From Raillietiella orientalis (taxonomy: Eukaryota), in contig JAYWIR010000048.1 in NCBI GenBank assembly GCA_036172245.1, forward strand, positions 372,001 to 436,000: a stretch of 64,000 bases of DNA, given 5' to 3'. Positions 52,051-64,000 of the stretch are shown here, in pieces. Made by a program: the position numbers and the translations under genes. The first letter of the stretch is position 1; every line of letters starts with the position of its first letter. The notes under the pieces were generated by a model, which worked only from the letters and a program-made list of their open reading frames with translations, was not told where the DNA came from and searched no databases.

Positions 52051-52997
52051 AACTCTTCCATACCCTCTGATAGCAATCTCCTTCCAGAAGGCCCACTGAT
52101 ATGTTTCTCGCAGTCACTTCCCTACGGAGCTTGGATCCTCATGATGAGGATGTTGCGAATGAGGAAGGCGTCGGCCAACCTCTCCATGGGGTCGTGCAGA
52201 GGGACCCGTCCTTATCCCCCGAGAGTCTCTTAAGGATGTAGCATCCTGGACTGGGGCTTGCAGCTGTGCCACCTGCTTCATCACCTTCCCGTTCTTAAAT
52301 CACTTCAATCACTGTGAATGTTCGATTGCAGCTTTCAAGGCTAAACTAGCACATTCAAGAGCAGCACTGATGGTAAGCAATTCTGTAGGCTGCAGGCATA
52401 CAGGTGGCATATAGGTGTCCTCCTGTGGATCGTTATACAAACTGAGTGCTCCACCGTGAGCACGCAATGTGTTCTGCAGACTACGTGGGTCAGTTTGGGG
52501 ATGGAGTTACTTTTTGTGCGACTAGTCAAAAATGAACCCCCCTCCATTCTTGGAGGAGGGTTCTGCAGGCGTGCGGGAGGTTGGACATCTTCGGTGCTCC
52601 CGCCTACCGAACAAAGTCCATCGTCCGGTTTCCCGATCCAGCATCGAAGTCGAGAGCACTCTCTGTGATACGAACACAGGAGGGGGTCCTTTTGCGACCC
52701 CGCGGGTCTGCGCAGGACGGCTGCGATGGTCTGTGGACCGAGGGCAGGTTGTGAGAAACCTTGCATGCCTCCCGCACCGCACTCGTGTCTGCTGCTGCGT
52801 TCGCGTGCAGCTGTAAGCCATCACCCAGAGCTCAGGGGCTGACCCTCGCCCGCTGCGAGGCTCGTGCTTGCCAAAGTTTGCGCGGGTCTATCCTTGCGTC
52901 TGGCGCATGCACCGGAACACCCGCGCCTCGAGGGCATTTCCACTGGGTGCACCAGCAGCTTCCTCGCTCTCTGAACGTGCCTTACAAGAACAGCACT

Positions 52998-53179
52998 TGT
53001 GAACATGCATACACGACTTGGGTATGCGCAATACGCATGCGCGTAAGCGTATTGCGCATGGGGCGTAGCATGCATCCTCATGGATGCGTGCTACGCGTGC
53101 ATCCATGAGGATCCTACTCCATGAGGTCCATCCATCCTACGCGCGCGTCCTTATGCTGCACGAGCAGTATGCATTCACA
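52998..53179. repeat. Cluster of nested inverted repeats
   Basis: 13-bp perfect arms 53024-53036/53047-53059. 15-bp arms with one mismatch 53063-53077/53082-53096. Alternative 14-bp arms 53074-53087/53099-53112. Imperfect outer arms. Confidence 0.9.
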
Positions 53180-55096
53180 CAACGCAAGATGGGTGCCACG
53201 TACTCTTTCCCACCTTTTGTTCTTATCGCAGCCTGCTTTCTCCTCTTTCCGGAAACGTCCACCGCTCCAAAAGAAGTACAGCGGTACCTCGGTACTCGAC
53301 TGTGTCCGAAATCGTCAAACTCAATACTCGTCGCATTTTGACGAGGAAAAAATGTCTCCACATTCGGCTCATGCCCGGAACTCGGCACCCCACTCATGAT
53401 GAATTCTTTAGTCTAGTGGTAGCTCGCGAACACAGTGCCGAGCACTTCCATAGAGTGCTTCCCCGATCGTTCCCCCCTTTTTTTGTGTTCTCTTTGCATT
53501 TTAAGAGGTAATCGCGGGTTTTGAAATGGTTAAAAATGATAGCAGGAAGCCTGGAAATGCACTCGTTCGGTACTCGTCCTTCTCGGCACTCGTCGCGAGT
53601 TCCGGAACGAATTGCCACTGTAATACGAACAGAGCGCGCGGTTCGCCGTCGCCACAGAAACGAAATCTGCTACATTAGCATCAAGCCGATCGGTCTGGTT
53701 CTTTTCCACGTTGTCGGAGACTTGTCTGAAAATCCTTTCCGATCTGATTCCTTGAGCTGAAACGGCAAGAGCACTATCGGAACGCTTGTAGCCCTGTTCG
53801 TTGTGTCCTGGACAAACAGGCAGGCCATTTACGGCTTCCAGCGGGGAGCCCAGTACCTATCCGAGGTGCAGCAGCATCGAGCCGAACATGGAGTGCTTCC
53901 AGGAGACGAGGGCATCAACGCTTTTCTTTCCTATGGCAGAAAATGCTCCGCCGTTCTTTCATTCACTGCAGCGCTCTCACATTGCAGAACGAGGCAAGCA
54001 AACGCGTTTGTGGTCCGGAGAAAAAGGGAGAGGAAAGATTTCGTTTGTTAAATTGGACATCGAGATTTGAAAGCACCCCAACTGGGTGCTGACAGCCACT
54101 GAAATTCCCTTCTTTCGGCCGTATTGCTTATCCTTGCCCGGTACCGTGCCTGCTGAAACCCCACGATCAAATGCATGGCCTCCTCACTGTTTCCGGAAAA
54201 TTGGGATTCATTTCTTGGTGACCCCTGTCGAGCTCTGGGGCATTGCGGAGCACTGTTATCCGCTGGACAAGCATTCGGAGAATTACCGTGGAAATTATTT
54301 GGTCCGAGCCAACGCGATGCTGGCGATTCGTGCCCACATCTCCATCGATGATTTTCGATATGAGATAAATTCCAAGCAATCAAACGCCGTTTGCGCTCTA
54401 TCAGCATATCTCCAGCTTTATTTTCTTGTTTTATTCCCGAAACAGGAAGCAGAAGCAATGCAATTTAGAATCCCCGCTCTCGCTGAAGTTGTTTTTGTTG
54501 TTACTTTTTTTTTTTTTTTTGCGACAACAGTGCAATTTTTTGGTCCGTTTTGGCAATCTCATTTCTCCTTGCGCATTGAGCAGGGAAAATGGACCACAGC
54601 TCAGATTAGGAGCACGATAGCTGTCGGCATGGTAAACGGGTTTCCTTGCTGGAGTGGAGGCTTTGGACCTACAGCTCCGAATCTGCGGCTCATGACGAAC
54701 TGCAGGGTTTAGACATTCGTCAAATGGAACATTGCACCACATGGTCGCTAAAAGAAGTCCTGCGATGAAAAATGGTGCTCGAAGCTTTCTTATATTTCGC
54801 ATGAATCTCGGAAGATAAGTGCGCTGATGCACACCGAAAAATATGACTGCACGCACAGCCAAGAAAGAACAACGAAGGGAGATGGATCACTATCCAAGCA
54901 GAAGGCTGGAGCCAACCACTCACCCCTTCTTGAGGGGGCAAGCATACAAAGGAAGCCAGGAAGAGGAGAAATTTTCGTGTACACTTTCGTTTTCAAGGAT
55001 TGGAGCCATCCCTCCATGGGATGCAGGCGCCGTCATCCTTGATTTCTGATCATGTTGTCGTCTGCTTCTGACAAGGAGGTCTCATCTGCGCTCAGG

Positions 55097-55483
55097 GATC
55101 AAGGATGACGCCACCTACATCTCAAGCAGGGCTATAAGAAAGACCTGGTCACCGTCTCCTTCTTCCGCCTCCCTGGATTCAGAGGCGCATTGACTCCCGC
55201 ATCTGGGGTTCTCTACTTTTTTCTGTTGTTTATCAATGTGCTTTGGACAAGTCTTTTTGAGGATTTTTTTTTCCCCGTTTAAATTCTTTCGTTCCCTCTT
55301 TCACCCTTTACGTACCGAGCCCGTTTTTTTCTTTCCTTTCTTTCCTTTTTTTCCCTCCCTTGCATGATGCCAACCTTCGAGTCGACGTAATCCCTGACAG
55401 CGCCTTCTTCGTACTTGGCTTGTTTGTTTGTCTTTGCACTTAAGCAAACCGTCTCGTCACGCCGGGGCATTTGTCTAAATACA
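55097..55483 (+). repeat. Second copy of the 42345-42720 segment
   Basis: Direct by-eye alignment with 42345-42720. Confidence 0.9.
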
Positions 55484-56863
55484 GCTAAGACAATTTCCCA
55501 GCACTTTCGCCCTCACCTACGAGATCGGAACGAGATGGCTTCTTTCTGCCATCTGATCAAAACTAACCCTCGATTTTCTTGGGTTTCAGCAAATAGGGAA
55601 AAGCGTCGATTTTTCCAAAGATGCTTCCACGTCTTCCACGAGTCGTTTCGAACCAGAAGGCCAACATACCTGTTCGTTCCCGTGGCGAGGGCCGTTTCAC
55701 TGATGTTGAAATGAAGTGTCGGTTTAAGAAAACTGTCCAACTCAAACAATTTCCATACACAGATTAGGGGCTGCGGATGAATGTAATGCTTTCGCCCTTC
55801 ATAGAAGCTTTCCGACGGATTGCCTTTCAGAGTTTGACTACTGCCCGTGCTGAGATCGATTTTTCAATGTTCTCCTCCTTTTCTCCGTGGTTCTCGGAAA
55901 GCAAAGAAATTGTTTGTCTCTGTAAGAACGTGTGTGCACGCTTGTGTGTGTTCCGTGAGTGTTTGGTTTCGCGTTTCGCGATGCAAGGCTCCGGCTGCTG
56001 GAGTTTCCCTTCGCATGCTGCACGAGACGGCGCCGCCGCCATTTTGCCCCACGTGACGTCACTCGGAGAAGCATCCCGTTCCCGCTCCCGATGCTATCCC
56101 CACGCCAGCCTTTCTGTGACAACTCGAAATTTCGTACTTTCCTCCAGCAAAGCGAATCCGGGAATTTTCCGGTCGTGCAGTGCTTTTTAGAAACGAAACG
56201 TATGCCAAACAAAAAAAAAAAAGGGAAGAAGCAATTCAGGTATAGGATTCGAAAATACCTCTCCATATAGAAATCGTTAGCGCCTTGAGTCTCCACGAAA
56301 CCCAATTAAAGGGAAGCAAACGAGGAGAAAGAACAAAAAGGCCGATGAAATTTAAAAAAAGAAAAATGCATCAATCTGTTATTTGTCTGCTTGTTTTCTT
56401 CTTTTAAAGCCGAAAAAAAACAAACCTCCGAAGCATTGCACTGGCTTCACCACGGCATCGGGACGGTCGGTGTCCGGAGAGAGATACATCCCAGACACAC
56501 GTCTCCAGAACAAGAGGAGGATCGACTCATGACTTCATTTCTAAAGTGGCATTCGTCCTTCCTGCCTCCGTGCCATCATTCTGCTTTGTTCTCTACTTGG
56601 ACATGGCGCGTTTCTTCCCAGAATGTCTGCGGCTCCATTTTCGGGACACACTTTGCATTTCCTCTTCCCGTCTCCCGAAAGTCTGCTTCCTTGCGATTTC
56701 CACGACTTTTCCGTGAGGTCATCTCTCCCGAGGTCGGCGCTCCCGTTCGCGTGTAACGAGCACTCCTGGACTGTGGATAATGATGACAGTCCTGCAGATG
56801 AAGCACTCCGACAAGTGCGCGAGGATATCGAGGCAGCACTTCATGGACGGAGAGCCAAAATGA

Positions 56864-57650
56864 TCTCATCCCGGATTCCCGGTTTATTTGCTCCAGATAG
56901 GTAAATAAACTTTTACAGTAAGCGAAGGGAACCTACGCTTTTTGGAGTTAGAACTAGGAAGGAAGCGAAAGGTGGTCTAATAAACAAATAAGCGAATACG
57001 TGAATAAATAAATAGGGAATGGGATGGGCCGGCTATACTGCGATGAAGACGTGTTCCAGAGGACCCCACGTCGGGCGGAGACGGGGCAGAGGAAGGTGCA
57101 TTTGCTGGTTTCGGGCTTCACCCCGCCCACAGTGGTCCTGAGGTTCGTTTGAACTTCACATTCCAGAACGGGCCACGCCAATGCACTTCGCAAACAGGAA
57201 GTTGCGATTGTGAACGGCTTTCCAGGGGAGACAGCCACACCGCTCCTCCCTTTCGGGGGTCACTGCTGCTCGTACGCGGTGGGAGGTCGGCGGCGAGAAG
57301 GCAGCTCGTGATCCCGAACAGTGTGGTTCTGTTGCCGATCTGCCATTTCGTCCGGGGTGTCGTCCCTGAGGCGGCTCGTCCCGAAAACACTTGCTGGAAG
57401 GTTCACTCCCCCGCTGTCCTGAGACGGGTGCGCTCCCTGAGGACATTCCCGATGAAAAGTGGCTACCCTCTTCGTTTCAAGGGAGACCCCAGTGCATCAG
57501 CAAGACGCGGGTGCGGCAGAGGTGGAGGAAGCTGGACAGCAAAAGCTCAGCCAAAGACCAGCCCTCCTTGTCCCCTCGAGGTTTCCAGGCGCAGAGTTTT
57601 ATTATCACACGGAAGCTGATCCTAAGAAGCCGTGACCTTGCACCCAGCGA
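56864..57650 (-). mobile_element. LINE 3' portion that was the target of the 57665-58520 insertion
   Basis: Eroded terminus AATAAACCGGGAATCCGGGATGAGA on the minus strand (56864-56887), with a T-rich UTR and ORF2-like sequence upstream. Confidence 0.6.
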
Positions 57651-57664
57651 ATAGTTGGCGAGGT

Positions 57665-58520
57665 TTCTCACCCAGTCACGCCGGGATGTTTACGTTATAA
57701 AATAAATAAACTAGTTGGGAACAAAGTTCCTAGCCGAGGACATAAGAAATGAAGGGCAGGATCCACCGGCACTCAGGCCGGCACAACAGAAAGTCCGGAA
57801 CGGGGAAGGACAAAGGGACAACAAAAACAAAGAAATAAATTAAAAAGAAAGTGGGTGGGATGGGGCAAGGATCATTGGGTCACTCCGTGCGCACCGGAAT
57901 CAACACAAAAAGCACCGGGGAAGTGACGGAGCGAGCGGGAATGGGGGAAGGGGAAAAAAATTTTTTTTATATATGCATGAAGAGAGGGAAGGAGCAAGGG
58001 GCCCGCCATTCCTAACGGCCCATCAGTCAGCAGTGGATCCCAGCGGTCTTCTCCTTTGCTTCCTCTTCCAGGTGAAGCCAGCTTGTTCAGCCGTCCTCAT
58101 GCAGGGGGCTGCCATCCTGGTGATCTCCCTTGGCTGCGTGGTCGACTCGAGCACGTGGCGGGCCATGACGGTGGCACTGCGATGGTTGCGACTACTGCGC
58201 CTGTCGAGAGTCCTCCCGGCGCGAAGAACGCCGCAGCACATCTCGGTCGCCGTCCTCCCGGTGCAGGAGTGCTGCTGCCAGCCTCCGCCACAATTGCTGG
58301 AGGGCACCTCAGTCCAAAAGCAGGTGAGGCGGGATCGACTCACGTGCTTTTGGACGTCGGCACCGGGCACAGTTCGGAGATGCAACCCCTGCGGAAACGT
58401 AGTGCCACTGCTCGTTGCACTTGAATCCCCAGTGGAGAAAAGCAGCAAGGCCTGTTTTCAGAAGATGGGGAGCATCCAAGTGCCCAAACAATGGGATGGG
58501 ACCAAAAGTTCCTCCGCGGG
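57665..58520 (-). mobile_element. 856-bp 5'-truncated LINE with 14-bp TSD
   Basis: TSD: ATAGTTGGCGAGGT (57651-57664) and ATAGTTGACGAGGT (58521-58534). AAFLHWGFKC...ESIPPHLLLD zinc-finger remnant. Terminus CATCCCGGCGTGACTGGGTGAGAA. Confidence 0.9.
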
Positions 58521-59552
58521 ATAGTTGACGAGGTAGCGCCCAACGGAGCGCGCACGTCCGTGGCAATCACCTTCACGAAGGATCAACGGGCAGAGCGTCT
58601 ATTGCTGCCGCCCTCGCTCTGAATGTCGCGCGCTCTTCCGCTTGAATCTCATCGTCAGTGTGTCATCCGAAGTCCTCCTTTCCGTTTGGTTAAATTTCTT
58701 CGGCTGGAGCGCAGATCCTGGAATCCGGCATCCTTCCGTAACGGAGAACCCGCTTCCTATATTGCCGACCTGGATTTCCTGCTTCGTCTTAGTGCCACAT
58801 CGATCACCAAAATTCAGGAAATTCTTTGCTCATTGAACTGCTGCTGACTTGGATGCTCATGCCTCTTACATACCACTCTTACAAAAGTTGTGGTCGACAG
58901 TGAGCTTTTTGCCCCCCTCACTCGGGCTAGCGGCTAAGGACTGCTCAAGACCCGAGGACCCCAACAAACAGTCCGGGACCTTCTCTGGTTGGACAATGTC
59001 CCGGACTGAGGTCCCGTCCTCCATGAACTCCAGAGCGGCTCGGATGGGGAGCTTTCACCGGAAACGAACTCGGAGGTGAGCCGCAACCCTTTCGGGGATG
59101 TCTCGCTCGAGAGGGAGGTGGGTATCACAGTGGCAGGGATTCGGTGAACAGCCAGCGGCCCAGCGGAGAGACCCAAAGTCTGCCGTGCCATCATCAGCCG
59201 GAACCCAACAAACCGTGATCGGTGGAGGGCCGATTCGAACTGGCTTTGATTCGGTTGCATTAAGATGCTGGGGCAGTCACACTGTTGAAGGTCCCAGTTT
59301 CCAAACCACAGCGTTTCTGCTCCCAGTCTGCCATTTCGTGCGGGGAAGCTCCTTGTGAGGGAGCATGCCTCGGCTGCTGACGGGTCTGGGATGAGAACCT
59401 ACAAAGACTGGAATCGTCCAATCAAAAGGAGATAAAAGAAACGAACTTGAAAATTTCGTAAGAGCAACGTGACTTTTGAATTCATTGCGGTTTTTTAAAA
59501 GCTTTCCCGTTCAGTTCATCCCTCTTTCTCCTCTCTTCATCCTCTCCTTGTA

Positions 59553-59940
59553 ATGAATTGGAACGTCTATCAGAGGTATCCGATACTGGAAGAGGAGCTA
59601 ATAGCACCCTTTCTCCATGGCTTGCCAAGCTTCTATCTGACCACGTCAGGGCTGCGCTTTCATCGCCGTCGATTTCGCCTTCAGGAGCTTTATCTGCTAT
59701 TCAGCGGCGGGGAACGAGGACACGTAGAGCGAAGTTCATACTCGGGTTGGTTCAGCTCGTCATTCCGCGGGGGGATCGATGGAAGGAGGTTTGACAAATG
59801 CCTTGCATGGTTCGCGCAGGTCATGGGCGGCAAAGCCGGTGGCATAGTCCTCTGCCCAGGGAGCAGAGGACTTCTACTCTGTGGGATCTGTGGGAGAGCT
59901 TTTTCTTCGACTGCTCTCGGGATACTCTGCAATGCTTAAT
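59553..59940 (+). pseudogene. Decayed AP-endonuclease N-terminus of LINE ORF2
   Basis: MNWNV resembles wNv, RLQEL resembles LQET, and KAGGIVL resembles GVAIL. Confidence 0.45.
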
Positions 59941-60641
59941 ACCGGGAAGTGCACTACAACACTTTAGTGCACTCTTCTCAGTTGCACGTCGGTTAAGTAT
60001 GCAGATTTGATTGAACTCTACTAAAAAGAGAGGAAGCATTGTGATTGTATGTTGTGTCTGTATGTGTGTGTGTGTGTGGGGGGGAGATTCTCCGGGGAAA
60101 CCAGAAAATGCACGGATGCTAATCGCAGATTTCGGTTAGATGGAAAGAAGATTTGGAGGTCTCCAAATCGGAGCCCAAATGAATGCATTCAAGGTGCAGG
60201 TGGTTTACCAAGAGGCTCCAGCACCAGTACCAGTACCTGTAAAGCACTGTAATAAACACCTGAGTCGTTGGCATGCAGATGAAGCAGGTGTTACGCACAC
60301 TTCGAAATGCACCACTTCAATACACTTCATTCACTTAAAGCAAATTCACGTTCAAGTGATGGACTTGGTGAAGCGTATCGAGTCTCAAGGAGAAGGATTC
60401 TTGCAAACGGATGTTATGTTGGACGCAAAATTGTTTTAAGTGATAAAACTGCCTATTTGCAAATACTCTTGGAAAATTTCCTTCTCTTTTGAGGCCACTG
60501 ACGAGCAACTCATCGTTATTATTGGTCTAAGGATGCCAAAATCTGGATTCTTTCTTGCTACTTTCCATGTCCTAAGAGCTCCTTTTTTAAAAAGACCAAT
60601 AGATACCTCGCGGAAAAAGTCTTACTATTAGCATAGGATGA

Positions 60642-61130
60642 TTATCACTTGGTTATCACGGGACATTTATTACGTAGAGTAATAAAAATACATTGGTGTG
60701 CTTGGTTCTACCATGTGCAATGAACCTGCCGAAGAGCGGTGTGCAAAGCGGCAACGTCCGCTTCGGAAGTGAAAAAAAAAAAACACACAAAACGGGAGTA
60801 GGGGACCCAAGGAAGGGATTACGATACGCTGACTGGTGTCCTCTGCATCCTATCCAGGATACCGGCAAGTTCCGTCCGTATAACGCCCAGCTGGAGACAC
60901 CTCGAGGAGGTCCTCAAGTAGATCCGCTCTCGGTGGATGGCGTCCCTACCATTTCGGCTTCTTCTGGAGTTCCAGGCCGCCGCGATCCCGCGAAGATAGC
61001 AGAGAACTGAAAAGAGTGCGTTCGACGGCAGTGTGGCAGTACGCACGAAGAGGTGTCTGAAAATGCCCCTGGGCCGCCCGCTTGGATTCTTGGGATCGTT
61101 GCGAGGCGATCCCAAAGGGTGGGCCTCAAG
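60642..61130 (-). mobile_element. LINE 3' fragment, sister of the 40.7-41.3 kb copy
   Basis: Near-identical translated block (ORFs 60819..61367 and 40640..41020). Terminus AATAAATGTCCCGTGATAACCAAGTGATAA. Confidence 0.85.
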
Positions 61131-61999
61131 GGCTCCAGGTGCGTTGGATCCCTGGTGGCCTTCCCCTCCCTGATCAAAAGAGAACCCAGGACTCTCGTGA
61201 CACTCTGACACAACAGAGGCATAGTACGACGGAAATCCTTTTGGGTTCTTCTGTTCCGCTGTTTTCCTTCCTGTTCTCTTTTTTTTCCAGTCTTTTGTTC
61301 TTTTGGTTCGCTGAGTACTCAAGAACCTTCCGCCTAGGGGCCCACGAAGCTCTTTCGCACTGCCCACTCCAGCCGGGAGTGCGTGTTAACTCTTCAATTT
61401 AGGGGTACCCGAAGGAGGGACTAGCCGATGAATCTAGGAAAGCTTCGGAGGAAGGAGTCCTTCTTACGCTTGGAAGGGAACTCCGAAGGGAACACTCATT
61501 TTGGTTGTCTCCGAAGGAAACCCCTAAGCGAGACTCCCCGAAGGGAGCAGCGTGCTGTAGAGGAGTCAACCAGATCCATGGTGCGCGATGGTGGGGCTCC
61601 ATCTTCACAACTGGAAGGGAACCCCGAAGGGCTCTTCGATTCCTGGAAGGACCCCGGAAGGTCGAATTCCAATCCCGGCTGGCCAACAAGGTGGATCCGG
61701 TGGTTTCGGACTTCCACTATTTGCTCTGGAGCTCGCTGAATTTCTTCCACCGACTTGAACGAATAGGTCGTCTCTTCGTCAGTTGAGGGTCTCCTAGCGG
61801 GTATCCAGTAGGTGTCTCAGGGATGTTGGGTGTTGAACGACATCGCCACGCCGGTGAGGGGAATTCCACCGGCGCTGCATCCAAAGCCTATCAAACCAAT
61901 CAGCGTCATCTAACGGGAGGAACTCAAAATCCACGACTTCCAAGGAGATGACATGCTGAGATGTAAAGGGACAGCAAACACAGTAGTCTTCTCCGTGGA

Positions 62000-63600
62000 G
62001 AATGCTTCGAGTTTTGTTTCTAAAAGGTGTCTTCCTTCCATCCAGATGCACCAGTAGCCAAGGTCCCGCAAGACTGTGCTGCGTTGCTCTCAGAGCGCAA
62101 CATGGATGGGTGGCACAGGGGCAAGTGCTAATCGGAGAAGCCAGGATGCTTCAGAAGAGAAACTTTCAGTTCCTTGTGACCGATTCTTGCTGCCTTGAGG
62201 CAGCTGGGCTGATCGCTGACGTGAGTGCACCGAAACCAACTGGTTCAAATTCATTTGCGCCAAAGCAACAAAACGTTGCTTTGGTCATCAGATCAAGGTG
62301 TCGTTGAGAGGTTTGAGGAGCAACGTGCCGATCATGCATCTCGATGCTGCTGGGTGAGTATTATCGTGCGAGATGAGAGAAATGATCTCCGAAATCAAAG
62401 TTGCAAGAAACCCAAATGATGCATTGGATTTTTCGCGCCATTACGCATTCCAGAAAAACTCTGCACGGTGACTCGAGCTGCAGCTGCTAACTGAAGGAAG
62501 AAAAGGCACCGGAGAAGCCATCAAGAGGAATAAGCTTCTCCGAAAAGTTAGCAAGCGTCGATGAAAAAAGACATTAATTCAAGAAATCCGTCTTTGCAGA
62601 TTCCTTCCCATTTGTTTGGTGATGGGAGAGCTCCAACTCAAGAAGATCTTGATGATGCCGATGCTAATTGAAAGCCGCCAGAGACCAGGCGAAGGAGAAA
62701 TACAAGAGAATGATAAAGATGTTTATCTTCATCGTCTCCATAGTCTGTTGACACTCGCAGCTTGGGTACCATCCGTACAGGAATGAAAAGAGGTAACGAA
62801 AAGAGTGATGAGCCCATAGAGAATTCATTCTGAAAATAGGGGTCAGATTGCGCTGATGCAGAAGGGCGATGTGAAGGGGTTGGGCTGGCTGTGCTGTCGG
62901 GACTCTGAACGGACTCTTGTAGGAATGAATTTTATGAATGACGGGCCTCTATTGAAAAAGCTTGGGCGCAAACCATCGATTTCAGAGTCTCTTTTAGCTT
63001 GCTTAAAAGTTGGAGCTATGGATGACGAAAAATCATCTTTTCTTGAAGCAGTTTTCAGAAAAGCAAATCTCTTGTTGCTAACGTTTCTTTTTTGAGCTAC
63101 AGAATCCGGTTGTTGCGAACGATCACCACAAAATCCGATGGCGGAATCACCAATTTGACACCGGGAGCACCGCTTCTGGACCAAACTGGTAGCTCGCTGC
63201 GTTCGATGTTTTGGAAGATGGCATAAGATAGGTACAAGGATATGCATTTGAGAGCAGCATGCTGCAAACATCCGCGAGGGCTTCCTCTGGAGGAGTACCG
63301 AATCGTCTTTTTGATGGATGGTTTCTAAGCAGTCCGGATGGAAACCCACATCTATCTTTCGCTTCAGTTTTATATGAGTGGATGGAATTAAAATTGCAAG
63401 ATCTCGTTGGAATTTATTCTCGAGAAGAAGAGAGGAGAAATATGACATCTCCGTCCAGAGTTAGCTGTAAGCCACCGTACAAGAAATCGACTTCCGGGAA
63501 TTCCTGAGAGAGAAGAAATATTTGAGAAAACAATCCGTGGTGCGAAACAGTGTCTCACTGTGTTTGATAGAAAGAGAAGTCTATCGGCATTTTTCTTTAC
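62000..63600 (-). pseudogene. Old decayed LINE ORF2 (linker and RT)
   Basis: FKQAKRDSEIDGLRPSFF resembles K.PG.DGL..EF. DP...LITL and GMRNG remnants follow downstream. Confidence 0.5.
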
Positions 63601-64000
63601 GGGGATGCTGCACATGTTTCCCTCCATAAAACCTCCTCAATAAACCTCCATCGCAGCTCTAGAAAAAAAACAACAACAACTGCAGATTCAAATAATTCCA
63701 CGGCAATAATTCAAATTTTTCTGCCTCTTTCAGCAAAAGCAAGATATTTTTTTTTGATGGTAAACAAAACAAAACAGAACCAAAAAAAAAAAAAAAACAC
63801 TACCTTCTGGATCGATCATTCGTTTTAGAAGTTTGGAAATGTGGTACTCAGTGTGAGATGCAGGGAGGTTTCAGAAACCTCGCGCTCTGATGCAGTCAGC
63901 GTGCCTAACGACACCAGCAGGCTGTTCCTTGAGATCCCAAACATTTTGCTTGGAACCTCCAACATTCCACCTCATAACATTTTGTGCATAAAACACGGGA

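Noticed and set aside
60628..61230. Candidate TSD GCATAGGATGA / GCATAGTACGA
   Set aside because: Too many mismatches for a copy that otherwise looks young.
1..64000. CRISPR array, rRNA or tRNA genes
   Set aside because: I saw no regularly spaced repeat-spacer array and no recognisable structural RNA genes.

Overview
Animal genomic DNA; the p62 sequence looks arthropod-like, judged from memory. The AT-rich first ~3.5 kb carries the first two coding exons of GTF2H1/Tfb1 (TFIIH p62) on the minus strand, with a probable GC-AG intron, and the gene runs off the left edge. The remaining ~60 kb is more GC-rich and consists almost entirely of nested, decayed L1/Tx1-type non-LTR retrotransposons on both strands (ORF1 zinc-knuckle, AP-endonuclease, RT and C-terminal zinc-finger fragments). 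Nearly all ORF-track entries there are LINE fragments or antisense shadows of them. The most interesting signal is in the LINE 3' ends. About ten diverged copies share a structured tail with compensatory base changes: hairpin A, hairpin B, T-tract, AATAAA, then a CCCGG-N5-CCGGG hairpin and TGA. The copies end without a poly(A) tail, and all three insertions that can be delimited have exactly 14-bp TSDs, including an 83-bp tail-only insert. The window also has several fold-back palindromes. All alignments were done by eye, and boundaries of decayed copies are approximate.
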